Below the pieces are notes generated by a model that worked only from the letters and a program-made list of their open reading frames with translations, searched no databases and was not told the DNA's origin. From assembly GCA_002305475.1 (NCBI GenBank), contig DBRB01000019.1, positions 56,022 through 120,021 on the forward strand: a stretch of 64,000 nucleotides of DNA, written 5' to 3'. This DNA is from a candidate division WWE3 bacterium UBA1379. GTDB lineage: Bacteria > Patescibacteriota > WWE3 > UBA101185 > UBA10185. Positions 1 to 10,086 of the stretch are shown here, in pieces (position 1 is the first letter of the stretch; every line of letters starts with the position of its first letter). Both the position numbers and the translations under genes were made by a program.

Positions 1-500
1 TCCGATCTGGAAATTGAATTTCCACCGCTTAAAAGTCCCGATAATCTAATCTTGATTCCTTTTGCTCCTCTTTCAATTGCAGAATTAGCAGCTGATAAAG
101 CAACCTTCCTATATGGATGACGTCGCTTAAGCTGTCTGTATATGTAGTCCGCAACCAGCTGGGCTTCTATTTCCGGAACTTTTACTTCTTCCGCTGTCAG
201 CTTTATTTTGGATTTTGTAATCTTTTTTAGTTCTTTTTCTACTTCTTCAACACCGCTTCCACCTCTTCCGATAACAAGACCCGGTTTTGAAACTCTCACA
301 GTAATGTTTATCTCATTTACGGATCTTTCAATGATTACTTCTTTTAAACCTGCTGATTCATATTTTTCTTTCAGATATTCTCTGATCTTTCTGTCTTCCA
401 GCATCATATTCGCATATTGCTTAGGATCCGAATACCACTTGGATACCCAGTCTTTTGAAATGCCTATTCTAAATCCTGTTGGATGTATTTTCTGACCCAT
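1..500 (-). CDS. rpsC: 30S ribosomal protein S3, 5' portion (gene runs off the window start)
   Basis: Reverse-complement from ATG at 498-500 reads MGQKIHPTGFRIGISKDWVSKWYS...KPGLVIGRGGSGVEE (KH domain GRGG motif). Sits directly downstream of L22 in the conserved S10-operon order. The plus-strand ORF 208..495 is its antisense shadow. Confidence 0.9.
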   Translation of the reverse strand, partial: MGQKIHPTGFRIGISKDWVSKWYSDPKQYANMMLEDRKIREYLKEKYESAGLKEVIIERSVNEINITVRVSKPGLVIGRGGSGVEEVEKELKKITKSKIKLTAEEVKVPEIEAQLVADYIYRQLKRRHPYRKVALSAANSAIERGAKGIKIRLSGLLSGGNSISRS

Positions 501-502
501 AA

Positions 503-910
503 TTAATCCTTCTTTGAAGAAGCTTTTGAAACTTTCTTCTTATCCGCCTTTTTAACCGGCTGTTCTGCCTGTTTCGGCGATAAACCAACTATAATATGAC
601 TTCTTCTTTTCAATAACGGGCTGAATCTACCTCTTCCTACAAACATACCTCTTTTTAATACTATTCCTCCGCTTACCTGTAGATCGGATACCACCAAATC
701 ATCTGATTTTAAATTCAGATTGTGCCTGGCGTTTGCCTCGGCGGAATTTAAGGTCTTTAAGACCAGATCTGATGCTTTAGTCGGATCCAATGTCAGAATC
801 AGCTTGGCTTCTGTGACACTCTTACCCCGCACTAAATCCATAACCGGAGCTACCTTCTTCGGTGAGATTAATGCATTGCTTAATTTTGCATATACTGTCG
901 CTTTATTCAT
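503..910 (-). CDS. rplV: 50S ribosomal protein L22 with K-rich C-terminal tail
   Basis: 135-aa ORF. Operon position between S19 and S3. Typical L22 core (…LVLKTL…NARHN…VSDL…VSGG…LKR…PRAKGRA-like) plus a basic tail. Confidence 0.9.
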   Translation of the reverse strand: MNKATVYAKLSNALISPKKVAPVMDLVRGKSVTEAKLILTLDPTKASDLVLKTLNSAEANARHNLNLKSDDLVVSDLQVSGGIVLKRGMFVGRGRFSPLLKRRSHIIVGLSPKQAEQPVKKADKKKVSKASSKKD

Positions 911-918
911 ACAACTCC

Positions 919-1191
919 TTAGGCGGTTCCTTTCTTGGAAGAATGACCCCTAAACTTTCTGGTGTGTGAGAATTCACCGAGTTTATGACCTACCATAGCT
1001 TCAGTTACATACACCGGTAAAAACTGCTTTCCATTATGCACTTCAAAAGTCATACCAACCATCTGAGGAACAATAGTGGACCTTCTTGACCATGTCTTAA
1101 TGGGCTTCTTCTGACCGGAAGCTACCATCTTTTCCACCTTTTCCATTAACTTCTCATCTATATAAATTCCTTTTTTCAGTGATCTTGACAT
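919..1191 (-). CDS. rpsS: 30S ribosomal protein S19
   Basis: 90 aa. MSRSLKKG…[15 protein letters not shown]…HNGKQF…GHKLGEF matches S19 signature blocks. Lies between L2 and L22. Confidence 0.95.
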   Translation of the reverse strand: MSRSLKKGIYIDEKLMEKVEKMVASGQKKPIKTWSRRSTIVPQMVGMTFEVHNGKQFLPVYVTEAMVGHKLGEFSHTRKFRGHSSKKGTA

Positions 1192-1211
1192 ATACTTTTT
1201 TTAAAAGTCAT

Positions 1212-2042
1212 TTAGACTTTTCTACCCTTTCTGGACTTAACTATAGTCCTTGAAGTGTATTTTCTTCTTCTGGTTTTCTTACCTCTGGTTTGCCATCCCC
1301 ACGGAGATTTTGGAGCAGGCATACCGATACCGTTGTCTTTATAAGAACCGGCATGGGGATGATCTGAAGGATTAGCCATAGCTACACCCCTCACATGAGG
1401 TCTTCGACCCATATACTTCTGTTTGCCTGCTTTTCCTAATTGGGTGTTTCTCAAGTCCGCATTGCTTAAAACCCCTACCGTAGCATAACAAATTCCCAGT
1501 ACTTTTTTAACCTCTCCGCTCGGAAGTTTGATATTAACGTATTTTCCCTCTTTTGCCAAGATCTGAGCGCTGTTTCCGGCCCCTCTTACTATCTGACCAC
1601 CTCTTCCCGGATTTATTTCAATATTATGGACATTAGCTCCTAAAGGAATTCTTTCTAGTGGAAGATTATTGCCCACCGCTACCTCTGCATCAGGTCCTGA
1701 TACAACTTTCATTCCTTTCTGCAGTCCTTCCGGAGCCAGAATATATCTTTTTTCTCCGTCGGTATAACTTAAAAGTGCAATGCTAGGTCCTCTGTTTGGG
1801 TCATACTGAATAGAAGAAACAGTAGCTTCAATACCGTGCTTACCTCTCTTAAAATCAACGATTCTATAGTGTTTTGCTGCACCTCTTCTTCGGTGTCTTG
1901 AAGAGATTTTTCCATTGTTTCTTCCCACATGCCCTTTAAGAGCAATAGTTAATGATTTTTCGGGCGTAACATCATCAACCTCTCTGACGAGTGTTTTTCT
2001 GGTTCTTATTCCTGCACTTGTAGGTTTATATTTTTTAATCAT
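1212..2042 (-). CDS. rplB: 50S ribosomal protein L2
   Basis: 276 aa. G-rich L2 core and C-terminal …GGGEGK/HPHGGG-like region (…SDHPHAGS…). Operon position. Confidence 0.95.
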   Translation of the reverse strand: MIKKYKPTSAGIRTRKTLVREVDDVTPEKSLTIALKGHVGRNNGKISSRHRRRGAAKHYRIVDFKRGKHGIEATVSSIQYDPNRGPSIALLSYTDGEKRYILAPEGLQKGMKVVSGPDAEVAVGNNLPLERIPLGANVHNIEINPGRGGQIVRGAGNSAQILAKEGKYVNIKLPSGEVKKVLGICYATVGVLSNADLRNTQLGKAGKQKYMGRRPHVRGVAMANPSDHPHAGSYKDNGIGMPAPKSPWGWQTRGKKTRRRKYTSRTIVKSRKGRKV

Positions 2043-2059
2043 ATGTTTATTCCCTCTGA

Positions 2060-2344
2060 TTACTTTTCGGCAAACAAATCTATAGTTTGTCCTTCTTTTA
2101 ATTTCACGATAGCTTTTTTCCAGTTTCCGCTGTTTCCAAATCGTGAGGTTTTAGCAATTCTTCTCTTTTTTCCGCGTACAATCATAGTATGCACATCCAT
2201 AACATCAACACCATAAGTTCGTTCAACTTCATTTACAACTGCTCCCTTTGAAGCCTGCATATTGACCATAAAGGCGTACTCACCCGGGTTTCTCAGGCTT
2301 TTTTCCGTTACTATCGGTTTTTTAATTACATTATTAATTCTCAT
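2060..2344 (-). CDS. rplW: 50S ribosomal protein L23
   Basis: 94 aa. Sits between L4 and L2. …VIKKPIVTEKS…YAFMVNMQASK… is typical L23. Confidence 0.9.
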   Translation of the reverse strand: MRINNVIKKPIVTEKSLRNPGEYAFMVNMQASKGAVVNEVERTYGVDVMDVHTMIVRGKKRRIAKTSRFGNSGNWKKAIVKLKEGQTIDLFAEK

Positions 2345-2961
2345 TAATATTTTTCCTGTACGGTTTTCACCGCATCTTTTACAAATAAAACATTTCTGGC
2401 TTCTAAAATATCATAGGCATTTAAGGTTCCGGCTTCGGTAGTCTTTATACCTTTTATATTCCTAGCACTTTTTACAGCATTCGGATTGGAACCGTTGATC
2501 ACAATCAATGTTTTTCCGTTCAGTTTGAGATTTTCGAGTATATTTAAAATTTCTTTGGTTTTGGGCATTTCCATATCAATACTATCCAAAACGGTCATTC
2601 TGTTTTCCTTAGCCAAAATGGATAAGGCTGATTTCATTGCCATCTGCTTGATTTTTTTCGGCAGCGTTAATGTCCAATCTTTAGGTTGTGGGCCGTGAGC
2701 AACACCTCCATGCCTCCACAATGGATTTCTGCTGGATCCAACTCTTGCCCGTCCGGTTCCTTTTTGTCTCCAGGGCTTAGTTCCACCCCCGGATACTTCA
2801 CCTCTTGATTTTGTAGAGGACGTACCCTGACGCTGATTAGCCCGGTAGACTCTGATATACTGTTTAATCACTTCAAGGTTCGGTTCAATACCGAATACCT
2901 CTTTTTTTAGAGTAATTTCTTCTACCTTATTTCCTTTTTTATCTAATACTTGTACTTTCAT
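2344..2961 (-). CDS. rplD: 50S ribosomal protein L4
   Basis: 205 aa. …GGGTKPWRQKGTGRAR…G…R.P.WR.GGVAHGP… is the L4 signature loop. Its 4-bp overlap with rplW is typical. Confidence 0.95.
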   Translation of the reverse strand: MKVQVLDKKGNKVEEITLKKEVFGIEPNLEVIKQYIRVYRANQRQGTSSTKSRGEVSGGGTKPWRQKGTGRARVGSSRNPLWRHGGVAHGPQPKDWTLTLPKKIKQMAMKSALSILAKENRMTVLDSIDMEMPKTKEILNILENLKLNGKTLIVINGSNPNAVKSARNIKGIKTTEAGTLNAYDILEARNVLFVKDAVKTVQEKY

Positions 2962-2964
2962 ATT

Positions 2965-3399
2965 TTATTCAAGAACTTTAATAGTTACTTTAGAATTTCT
3001 GGCACCGGGAACCGGTCCTAAAACCATAACCTGTTTGTTTTCACTATCTATCTTCACAATCTTTGAGCCTTTTACCGTAACTTTCTCATTACCCATTCTT
3101 CCGGCCATTTTTTTACCTTTTAATACTCTGCCGGGAGTCTGAGAACCGATGGATCCAGCTGATCTTTGTTTATTGGATTGCCCTCTGGTTGCTTCACCGA
3201 CACCGGCAAAATTCCAGCGCTTCATAACACCGGCAAATCCTTTACCTTTTGAAGTTCCTGTAATTAATATTTTCTTGTTTTCTAATTCAGGAGAAAGGTT
3301 TTCAGAGGAGGACTGCAAAATGGTAACCGGAACAACAATTCCATTGTCCATAAAAATCTGAGTCATATTCATTTTTATTCCAGTTATTGTATTTTCCAT
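2965..3399 (-). CDS. rplC: 50S ribosomal protein L3 (reduced, ~135-144 aa). Start ambiguous among 3426/3399/3372/3366.
   Basis: …GIKMNMTQIF…TSKGKGFAGVMKRWNF…QTPGRV…GKKMAGRMG… are conserved L3 blocks. An internal ~60-aa segment present in E. coli L3 is absent. Confidence 0.85.
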   Translation of the reverse strand: MENTITGIKMNMTQIFMDNGIVVPVTILQSSSENLSPELENKKILITGTSKGKGFAGVMKRWNFAGVGEATRGQSNKQRSAGSIGSQTPGRVLKGKKMAGRMGNEKVTVKGSKIVKIDSENKQVMVLGPVPGARNSKVTIKVLE

Positions 3400-3530
3400 A
3401 CTTTTTCCACAAATAACCCGGCGCACCGGAGTATATCAAAATTCTATTGGTTAATCCCAACTTTAATAATTCTATTAATACTCTCAAAATACTTGTACCT
3501 CCTTTTTAAAAACTTCAGGTGAAGTCATTC

Positions 3531-3857
3531 TTATGCCATCTTGATTGTTATCCCAACCCCGGCAGGAAGACTTAAATGGGATAAGCTGTCAATGGTTGAT
3601 GGTGTCGGATTCATAATATCCAGTACTCTTTTATGTGTTCTTAATTCAAACTGTTCTCTTGATCTCTTATCAATATGCGGTCCTCTGATTACTGTAAATC
3701 TTTCGATTTTTGTCGGCAAAGGAATCGGGCCGATAACCTTGGCACCTGTTCGAATAGCTGTATCTACAATCTTGGAACAGCTTAAATCCATAATTCTGCT
3801 GTCATAGCTGTTTAATTTTATTCTGATCTTTGATTCTTGTTTTTTTCCTGTTGCCAT
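3531..3857 (-). CDS. rpsJ: 30S ribosomal protein S10
   Basis: 108 aa. …IRIKLNSYD…RTGA…GPIPLPT…[12 protein letters not shown]…REQFE.RTHKRV.DI… is a canonical S10. Confidence 0.95.
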   Translation of the reverse strand: MATGKKQESKIRIKLNSYDSRIMDLSCSKIVDTAIRTGAKVIGPIPLPTKIERFTVIRGPHIDKRSREQFELRTHKRVLDIMNPTPSTIDSLSHLSLPAGVGITIKMA

Positions 3858-3909
3858 ATGTCATGAAAGGAGTCCCGTTTCCGGGACTCCCCCCTTAAAA
3901 TCAATCTAA

Positions 3910-5088
3910 TTAAGCAATCACCTTGGTAACAACACCTGCACCGACAGTGTGACCACCTTCTCTGATAGCAAATCGAAGACCTTCTTCCATAGCTACCGGA
4001 GTAATCAGTTTAACCTTAAATGAAGTGTTATCACCGGGCATAACCATTTCCACACCTTCCTTAAGTGTAATCTCACCGGTCACGTCAGTAGTTCTTAAAT
4101 AGAACTGTGGTCTGTATCCACTGAAGAATGGTTTCTGACGTCCGCCTTCTTCCTTGGAAAGGATGATGACTTCAGCTTCGAATTCTGTATGAGGTTTGAC
4201 AGATCCCGGTTTGGCTAAAACCTGACCTCTTTCAATCTGATCTCTTTCAACACCTCTTAATAGGATACCTACATTGTCACCGGCCTGACCTTCATTCATC
4301 TGCTTCTTGAACATTTCAACACCTGTGACTACGGATTTTCTGGTTTCTTTAATACCGACGATTTCTACTTCTTCGTTGATGCTAATCTTACCTCTTTCTA
4401 CTCTTCCGGTTGCCACAGTTCCTCTACCCATGATAGAGAAAACATCTTCCACCGGCATCAAGAATGGTTTATCCAGTTCTCGGACTGGATCCGGAATATA
4501 GGAATCTACAGCATCCATTAAGTCTTCGATAGCTTTTACAGATTCAGGATCTCCTTCTAAAGCTTTAGCAGCTGATCCTTTAATAACAGGAGCATTTTCT
4601 CCGTCAAATCCGTACTTTGTTAAAAGTTCGCGGACTTCTAGTTCAACGAGGTCTAAAATTTCTTTATCGGCAACCATGTCAGTCTTGTTCATAAAGACAA
4701 CCATTGCCGGTACGTTAACCTGTTTAGCTAAAAGAATGTGTTCTCTGGTTTGAGGCATAGGTCCGTCAGGAGAGGACACAACAAGAATTGCTCCATCCAT
4801 CTGAGCAGCACCGGTAATCATGTTCTTGATATAGTCAGCATGTCCCGGAGCGTCAATGTGAGCGTAGTGTCTTTTATCTGTTTCGTACTCGACGTGAGTG
4901 ATATTAATGGTAATACCTCTTTCACGTTCTTCAGGAGCCTTATCGATAGAATCGTAAGCTCTGAATTCCGCTTTGCCTTTTCCAGCGAGAACTTTAGTAA
5001 TAGCAGCCGTTAATGTCGTCTTACCATGATCAACGTGACCTATGGTTCCGATATTAACGTGTGGTTTTGTTCTTTCAAATGTAGCCAT
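3910..5088 (-). CDS. tuf: Elongation factor Tu
   Basis: 392 aa. [30 protein letters not shown] motifs present. Lies downstream of fusA as in the str operon. Confidence 0.97.
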   Translation of the reverse strand: MATFERTKPHVNIGTIGHVDHGKTTLTAAITKVLAGKGKAEFRAYDSIDKAPEERERGITINITHVEYETDKRHYAHIDAPGHADYIKNMITGAAQMDGAILVVSSPDGPMPQTREHILLAKQVNVPAMVVFMNKTDMVADKEILDLVELEVRELLTKYGFDGENAPVIKGSAAKALEGDPESVKAIEDLMDAVDSYIPDPVRELDKPFLMPVEDVFSIMGRGTVATGRVERGKISINEEVEIVGIKETRKSVVTGVEMFKKQMNEGQAGDNVGILLRGVERDQIERGQVLAKPGSVKPHTEFEAEVIILSKEEGGRQKPFFSGYRPQFYLRTTDVTGEITLKEGVEMVMPGDNTSFKVKLITPVAMEEGLRFAIREGGHTVGAGVVTKVIA

Positions 5089-5624
5089 ATTATTCCTTTC
5101 AGGCTATCGCGGATTTTCAAATAACTTATATTCCGCGAACTAAAAAACTTAATACTCTGTTTTTAAATTTACTTATAACATAGAACATTTTCAGCTTTAT
5201 GCAATAGGCTTTCGAATTCTAACACATCTTTTACGTTTTATGAACCCCTTTTTTGCTTAAGGACACTGATTTTTATCCTTTTTAAGATTCTACGTTTTTT
5301 AGTGTTGTTAATTTGATAGTCTATTCAACCATAAATTACTACGCTGGACAGTAAACCAGATTTGAAGTAGAAAATCAAGTATTTCATAGAGTAGGTAAGG
5401 TTATGAAACAAAGTTTGATTTACCAATTTTCTAGTACCCTATAGTAATGAGATGTTTTCTTCTATCAACAACTCTAATCTCATTAATTGGGGGGTTTAAC
5501 TACTCTTTAAAACACGATAAATTAAGAAATACTAGTACACTGAATGATTTAACAATCAAGGATAACTTACAAATAATAAAAATTTAGAATTTAATTCCAT
5601 CAATGTTTCTGATAGATTTATATT

Positions 5625-7124
5625 ATGAGTTTGTCATTTACATCACTTTCATCACAAGAAGAATATTCAGAAGAAACAATGGATGAGTTAGTCAGAAAAT
5701 TTGAATTGGCAGAAGATGGACCAATCAACTTTACTAAAAATTTACATAAAATGTTTTCTGCACCCGAGGGATTAACTGAAAAAAAACAAGATCGAGTACA
5801 GCAATATGCCGAAGAAATATTAGGAGGTATTAATAGTGTCGTGAATAATAATAGAAAGGAATTGCAGGATTTTTTAAAAGAAAATGTTGCAACAGAAAGG
5901 CTTAACTCAAAAACCTTGCCGGAATTTGTTAAACAAACAGAGGATGCCATAGATTCATTGCGGTTTTTAGATAGTATTTTTGAAAATTCCCACAATGAAA
6001 CTTTATATGTAAATGCTATGAACTATGTAGACGGAGGATTAATTATTTCCTTGCATAAAGAAGATTGGAGTGATTGGCAGATTGGATCGAAAAGAATAAA
6101 TAGAGTTGAAATAAGTATAAAAACTTCTTCCGAACAAAAATCACAGGATTATACAATGCTTCAGCTGGGATTCAATCTATATAATATAAATGAAGAAGTT
6201 ACATCATTAAGAGCGGATATTCATCCGATTAGAAGACAGCAAATACAACCCGAAATAGTTAGTGATCAGCAAAATTACCAGGTACAATTAGATATAGAAC
6301 ATGATACTAATGAATCGTTTGTTCATAATAAACATATAGAACTCAAATCCATAAACCAGGGACAGATAATCAGCAATTTTAGAATGATTCAGCAGGTATT
6401 CCTGATTAACTTTGTAGAAAATTACCTTAATAAATCATCAACAAAACTCATAATGAACAGAGAAATAAGAGAACTAATAGAAAAAGAGTATAGTAAGGAA
6501 AAAAATCTACTAGGGTTAAACTCAAAATCAGGTGATTACCAAGCTAAACCGCCTAACCAACATCTTGTGGAAAGATTAGCAGATGATGAAAATATAATAA
6601 ATACAAACTTTCAAGTAGGCGAATATATTGCAAAATTACTAAAAAAACGTCTACCCAGTAAATTTGATGATAACCAATCACGTGAAGAAAAACAAATGGC
6701 ACAAGAAACTTTCGATAACTTAAAACCTAATGACGTGGTTACTATATGGTTTTTGAACCTGAGAAATGAACCAATAACTAAAAACAATAAACATAAGATT
6801 GAAAAAGAATACGGCGTAAATTCAGATAAAGGACAAACCTTACAAGAATCTAAAGATTTGTATGACTATACCTTAGGAATGAATATTTCACTTGAAGATA
6901 TGATAAAACAAATACATCAGCAGGCGACAGAACAAACTGAATATAATACGCTTCTAGAATTAATATCAGAAATTGAAAATGATGATATAAAAGAGGAAGA
7001 TAAATCAGAATATATCCGTCAAATAATTGCCTTATATTATGCAAAAATATATTTTGACGATGCAATTAAGAGCATAGAGGAAGAAAGTAATAAAGCAACT
7101 GTGTATATTCCTAAAAAGCGTTAA
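5625..7124 (+). CDS. Hypothetical acidic, coiled-coil-rich protein (499 aa) with no recognizable domain
   Basis: Uninterrupted 1.5-kb ORF in ~30% GC DNA, unlikely by chance given AT-rich stop codons. Lies opposite-strand between tuf and fusA. No catalytic motifs recognised by eye. Confidence 0.6.
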   Translation: MSLSFTSLSSQEEYSEETMDELVRKFELAEDGPINFTKNLHKMFSAPEGLTEKKQDRVQQYAEEILGGINSVVNNNRKELQDFLKENVATERLNSKTLPEFVKQTEDAIDSLRFLDSIFENSHNETLYVNAMNYVDGGLIISLHKEDWSDWQIGSKRINRVEISIKTSSEQKSQDYTMLQLGFNLYNINEEVTSLRADIHPIRRQQIQPEIVSDQQNYQVQLDIEHDTNESFVHNKHIELKSINQGQIISNFRMIQQVFLINFVENYLNKSSTKLIMNREIRELIEKEYSKEKNLLGLNSKSGDYQAKPPNQHLVERLADDENIINTNFQVGEYIAKLLKKRLPSKFDDNQSREEKQMAQETFDNLKPNDVVTIWFLNLRNEPITKNNKHKIEKEYGVNSDKGQTLQESKDLYDYTLGMNISLEDMIKQIHQQATEQTEYNTLLELISEIENDDIKEEDKSEYIRQIIALYYAKIYFDDAIKSIEEESNKATVYIPKKR

Positions 7125-7244
7125 ATTATTTTAATACAGATTCTTCTAACCTATAGTTGACATAAGTCGCTGTATAACCTATAATATAACTATCTTCTCC
7201 CTACTGAGGTAATATGTTTACAAAAAACAGAAACCTCCAATTGA

Positions 7245-7645
7245 ATAGTGCCAAAAAGGCCTTTGGCTTTGTTGGCACATGGCAGGGAGAGCAGCCACGA
7301 AACGCCAGTACGCGTGTATGGGGTACACGTCAGTATAGGCGCTTTGAGCGCTGCTAACCCTGGGATGCAGTAGTATCTCCTGCATCGCCCACTTATGGGA
7401 GAGATACAATGATTATGCCTTATATGAAGGCATAATGCCTGGCTGAGAACATTTGCCTTAGAGCATGTTCCAGTCTAGGTATAGACAATGGCTGATAGCT
7501 ATTGGAAGGGATGATCCTAGATCTTACAAATACCGCGAGGTAAGCCAGGATTTGAACAACCAAGAAAACCTACTAATGATTCCCATATATCATAACTTGC
7601 GAGGGAATCACTGTAGTAGACTGCTTAAAGCCAGAAAATTACACG
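7245..7645. ncRNA. Candidate structured non-coding RNA of unknown class; strand not determined (plus strand slightly favoured)
   Basis: A ~400-nt island visibly far GC-richer (estimated >50% by eye, not computed) than the ~35% GC neighbourhood. Many perfect local stems: GTGCCAA…TTGGCAC (7246-7280) enclosing palindrome AAGGCCTT; CGTGTA-TGGGG-TACACG (~7311-7329); GGCGC-TTTGA-GCGC (~7338-7352); GATGCAG-N9-CTGCATC (~7364-7386); ATTATGCC-N9-GGCATAAT (~7413-7438). Followed by a 9-bp perfect hairpin AAAGGCCGG…CCGGCCTTT (7671-7709). No conserved motifs of RNase P, tmRNA, SRP, 6S or tRNA found. Confidence 0.35.
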
Positions 7646-7737
7646 GATACCTTTTTTGTATTCGTGTCTAAAGGCCGGAACAGGATTTTACATCCCTACC
7701 GGCCTTTATCATTTGATAAACGATTTTAGATTAAGGG

Positions 7738-7770
7738 ATAAAAAATCCCGGAACTAAGTCCGGGATTTCG
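7738..7770 (-). terminator. Rho-independent terminator downstream of fusA
   Basis: Minus strand reads CGAAATCCCGGACTTAGTTCCGGGATTTTTT: a 7-bp GC stem (ATCCCGG/CCGGGAT) followed by a U-run, 23 nt after the fusA stop. Confidence 0.75.
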
Positions 7771-7792
7771 TGTTATTCGATTTGATAATTCT

Positions 7793-9868
7793 TTACTTTC
7801 CGCTTTTGACCAATTCAGCAACGTTTGCCGGAACTTCAGCATAGTGGCTCGGTTCCATGGTAAAAGAAGCCCTTCCCTGAGACATACCCCTAAGTTCAGT
7901 TGCATATCCAAACATTTCAGCTAAAGGAACCTTAGCGCTGATTGCTCTGGCATTACCCCTTGTTTCCGTACCCTCAATCTGGCCTCTCTTTGAGGAAAGA
8001 TTTCCGATAACATCACCCATAAATTCTTCAGGTGTTACAACCTCAACTTTCATGATAGGTTCTAAAAGATACGGACGGGCTTTATTCTGTGCATTCTTGA
8101 ATGCTTCAGCAGCAGCCATCTTAAATGCCATTTCGGAAGAGTCAACATCATGGTATGAACCGTCTATTAGAGTAAATTTCACATCCACTACCGGATATCC
8201 TGCTACCACACCGGTTTCTGCAGCATCACGCAAACCTTTTTCTACAGGAGCGATGTATTCTCTTGGAATAGAACCTCCAACAATCTTGTTTTCAAATTCG
8301 ATGCCAGCCCCTCTTTCCAATGGTTCCATTGTAATAACCACATGACCATACTGTCCGCGTCCACCGGATTGTCTGATGTGTTTTCCTTCCACTTCCACTT
8401 TGTCCTTAATGCTTTCTCGGTAAGCAACTTGTGGTTTACCTGTGTTTACTTCAACATTAAATTCTCTTCTCATACGATCAACGATAATATCCAAATGCAA
8501 TTCACCCATACCATAAAGAACCGTTTCTCCAGTTTCTGCATCCGATTTAACCTTTAAAGTAGGATCTTCTTCCAAAAGTTTTTTGAGAGATTCCCCGAGT
8601 TTATCTCGGTCTGCCTTAGTCTTAGGTTCAACAACTAAACCGATAACCGGTTCGGCAAAACTGATTGCTTCCAGAGTGACGAATTTTCCTTCTTCACACA
8701 ACGTATCTCCTGTAGTTGCTTCAACACCGATGACAGCACCTATTTCCCCCGCTTTCAGTTCCTTCACTTCTTCTCTATGATTTGCATGCATTAACAAAAG
8801 TCGACCAATTCGTTCTTTTTTGTCTTTGGTTGAGTTATAGACATAGGAACCTGCACTAATCATTCCTGAATATACTCGGACATAGGTTAATCTTCCAACA
8901 TATGGATCTGTCTGAACCTTAAATGCCAAAGTAACCATCTGTTCAGATGAATCAGGATTCACTTCAACAGGATTTCCGTCCTTGTCATAACCAAGGATAT
9001 GTCCGACGTCTTTAGGAGATGGGAGAAAATCTATCACACCGTCCAGCATTTTCTGCACCCCGACATTTGCCAATGATGCTCCGGCATAAACGGGAAATAG
9101 CTCATGGGCGATGGTAAGTTTTCTGATACCTGCTTTCAGATCTTCAACAGTAATTTCTTCACCACCTAGATACTTTTCGATTAAAGCGTCATCACCTTCT
9201 GCTACCTTTTCCACCAGAATTTTTCTGTATTCCTCCGTTTTTTCCTGCATATCTTGAGGTATCTGAATCTCTACTACATCAGCACCCAGTTTCCCTTCGA
9301 ATCTGTATGCTTTTCTTTCAATCAGATCGATAACGGAATTAAACTCACCTTCCAAGCCGATCGGAAGCTGAACAGCAACAGCATTTTTAGTCAGACGCTC
9401 ATGAATAGATTTTAAGGACATGTAGAAATCCCCCCCGACTTTATCCAGTTTATTTGCAAAAAAGAGAAGGGGAACATGATATTTTTCCGCCTGTCTGAAA
9501 ACAGTCTCTGACTGAGGTTCAACACCCTGTGAAGAGTCCAGTAAAATTACTCCTCCATCTAATACACGAAGTGATCTTTCAACTTCAGCAGTGAAGTCAA
9601 CGTGTCCAGGAGTATCAATAATATTAATTCGATGATCTTTCCAGAAACAGGTAGTAGCAGCGGATGTAATGGTAATACCCCGCTCTCGTTCCTGTGCCAT
9701 CCAGTCCATCTGGGCCGCACCTTCATGAGTCTCACCTATTTTATGAGACCTTCCGGTGTAATAAAGCACCCGTTCGGTAGTCGTGGTTTTTCCCGCATCA
9801 ATATGTGCGATAATACCAATATTTCTGATCCTCTCCAGAGGATATGTTTTGTTCATTGTGTCTGCCAT
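7793..9868 (-). CDS. fusA: Elongation factor G
   Basis: 691 aa. [25 protein letters not shown]-domain motifs. Placed between rpsG and tuf. Confidence 0.97.
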   Translation of the reverse strand: MADTMNKTYPLERIRNIGIIAHIDAGKTTTTERVLYYTGRSHKIGETHEGAAQMDWMAQERERGITITSAATTCFWKDHRINIIDTPGHVDFTAEVERSLRVLDGGVILLDSSQGVEPQSETVFRQAEKYHVPLLFFANKLDKVGGDFYMSLKSIHERLTKNAVAVQLPIGLEGEFNSVIDLIERKAYRFEGKLGADVVEIQIPQDMQEKTEEYRKILVEKVAEGDDALIEKYLGGEEITVEDLKAGIRKLTIAHELFPVYAGASLANVGVQKMLDGVIDFLPSPKDVGHILGYDKDGNPVEVNPDSSEQMVTLAFKVQTDPYVGRLTYVRVYSGMISAGSYVYNSTKDKKERIGRLLLMHANHREEVKELKAGEIGAVIGVEATTGDTLCEEGKFVTLEAISFAEPVIGLVVEPKTKADRDKLGESLKKLLEEDPTLKVKSDAETGETVLYGMGELHLDIIVDRMRREFNVEVNTGKPQVAYRESIKDKVEVEGKHIRQSGGRGQYGHVVITMEPLERGAGIEFENKIVGGSIPREYIAPVEKGLRDAAETGVVAGYPVVDVKFTLIDGSYHDVDSSEMAFKMAAAEAFKNAQNKARPYLLEPIMKVEVVTPEEFMGDVIGNLSSKRGQIEGTETRGNARAISAKVPLAEMFGYATELRGMSQGRASFTMEPSHYAEVPANVAELVKSGK

Positions 9869-10086
9869 ATGTATAATTCCTTTTTAGTTTGTAACTTCTT
9901 GTTTCAATTAATCAAATAAGACCTAGCAAATATACAATATTTTCCGAAAAATTGCTATATTTCGCAACAATCCTATACTAGTAGTATTCTATTCTTGTAT
10001 TAAATTGTATTTAAGGCTAGTGGTTTACTTTTTTGTAACTTGTGTATAAAGGCTCCCTTTCGGGAGCCTTCTTGTTTTCTCAACCT

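Noticed and set aside
208-495. Plus-strand 95-aa ORF
   Set aside because: Lies entirely antisense to the well-supported rpsC gene (MGQKIHPTGFRIG… on the minus strand). Low-complexity S/F-rich translation typical of an antisense shadow.
3302-3487. 61-aa minus-strand ORF overlapping the rplC start region
   Set aside because: Alternative frame overlapping the L3 N-terminus and upstream UTR, with no homology pattern.
7245-7645. GC-rich element as RNase P RNA, tmRNA, SRP RNA or a tRNA
   Set aside because: Could not find the P4/CR-I (GGAAAGTCCGGGC) or CR-V (ACAGAAACCGGCTTA) cores. No tmRNA 5' GATTCGACG or 3' GGTTCGA.TCC…CCA. The AGCAGCC motif present is not in an SRP helix-8 context (no closing stem around a GNRA loop). 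A TTCAAAT loop at ~7545 (minus) lacks a complementary T-stem. Left as an unclassified ncRNA candidate.
7218-7671. ORFs 7218..7409 (-) and 7465..7671 (+) inside the GC-rich island
   Set aside because: Short (63-68 aa) ORFs with no start context or recognisable domain. High GC reduces stop-codon frequency so such ORFs arise by chance. The hairpin density favours RNA.
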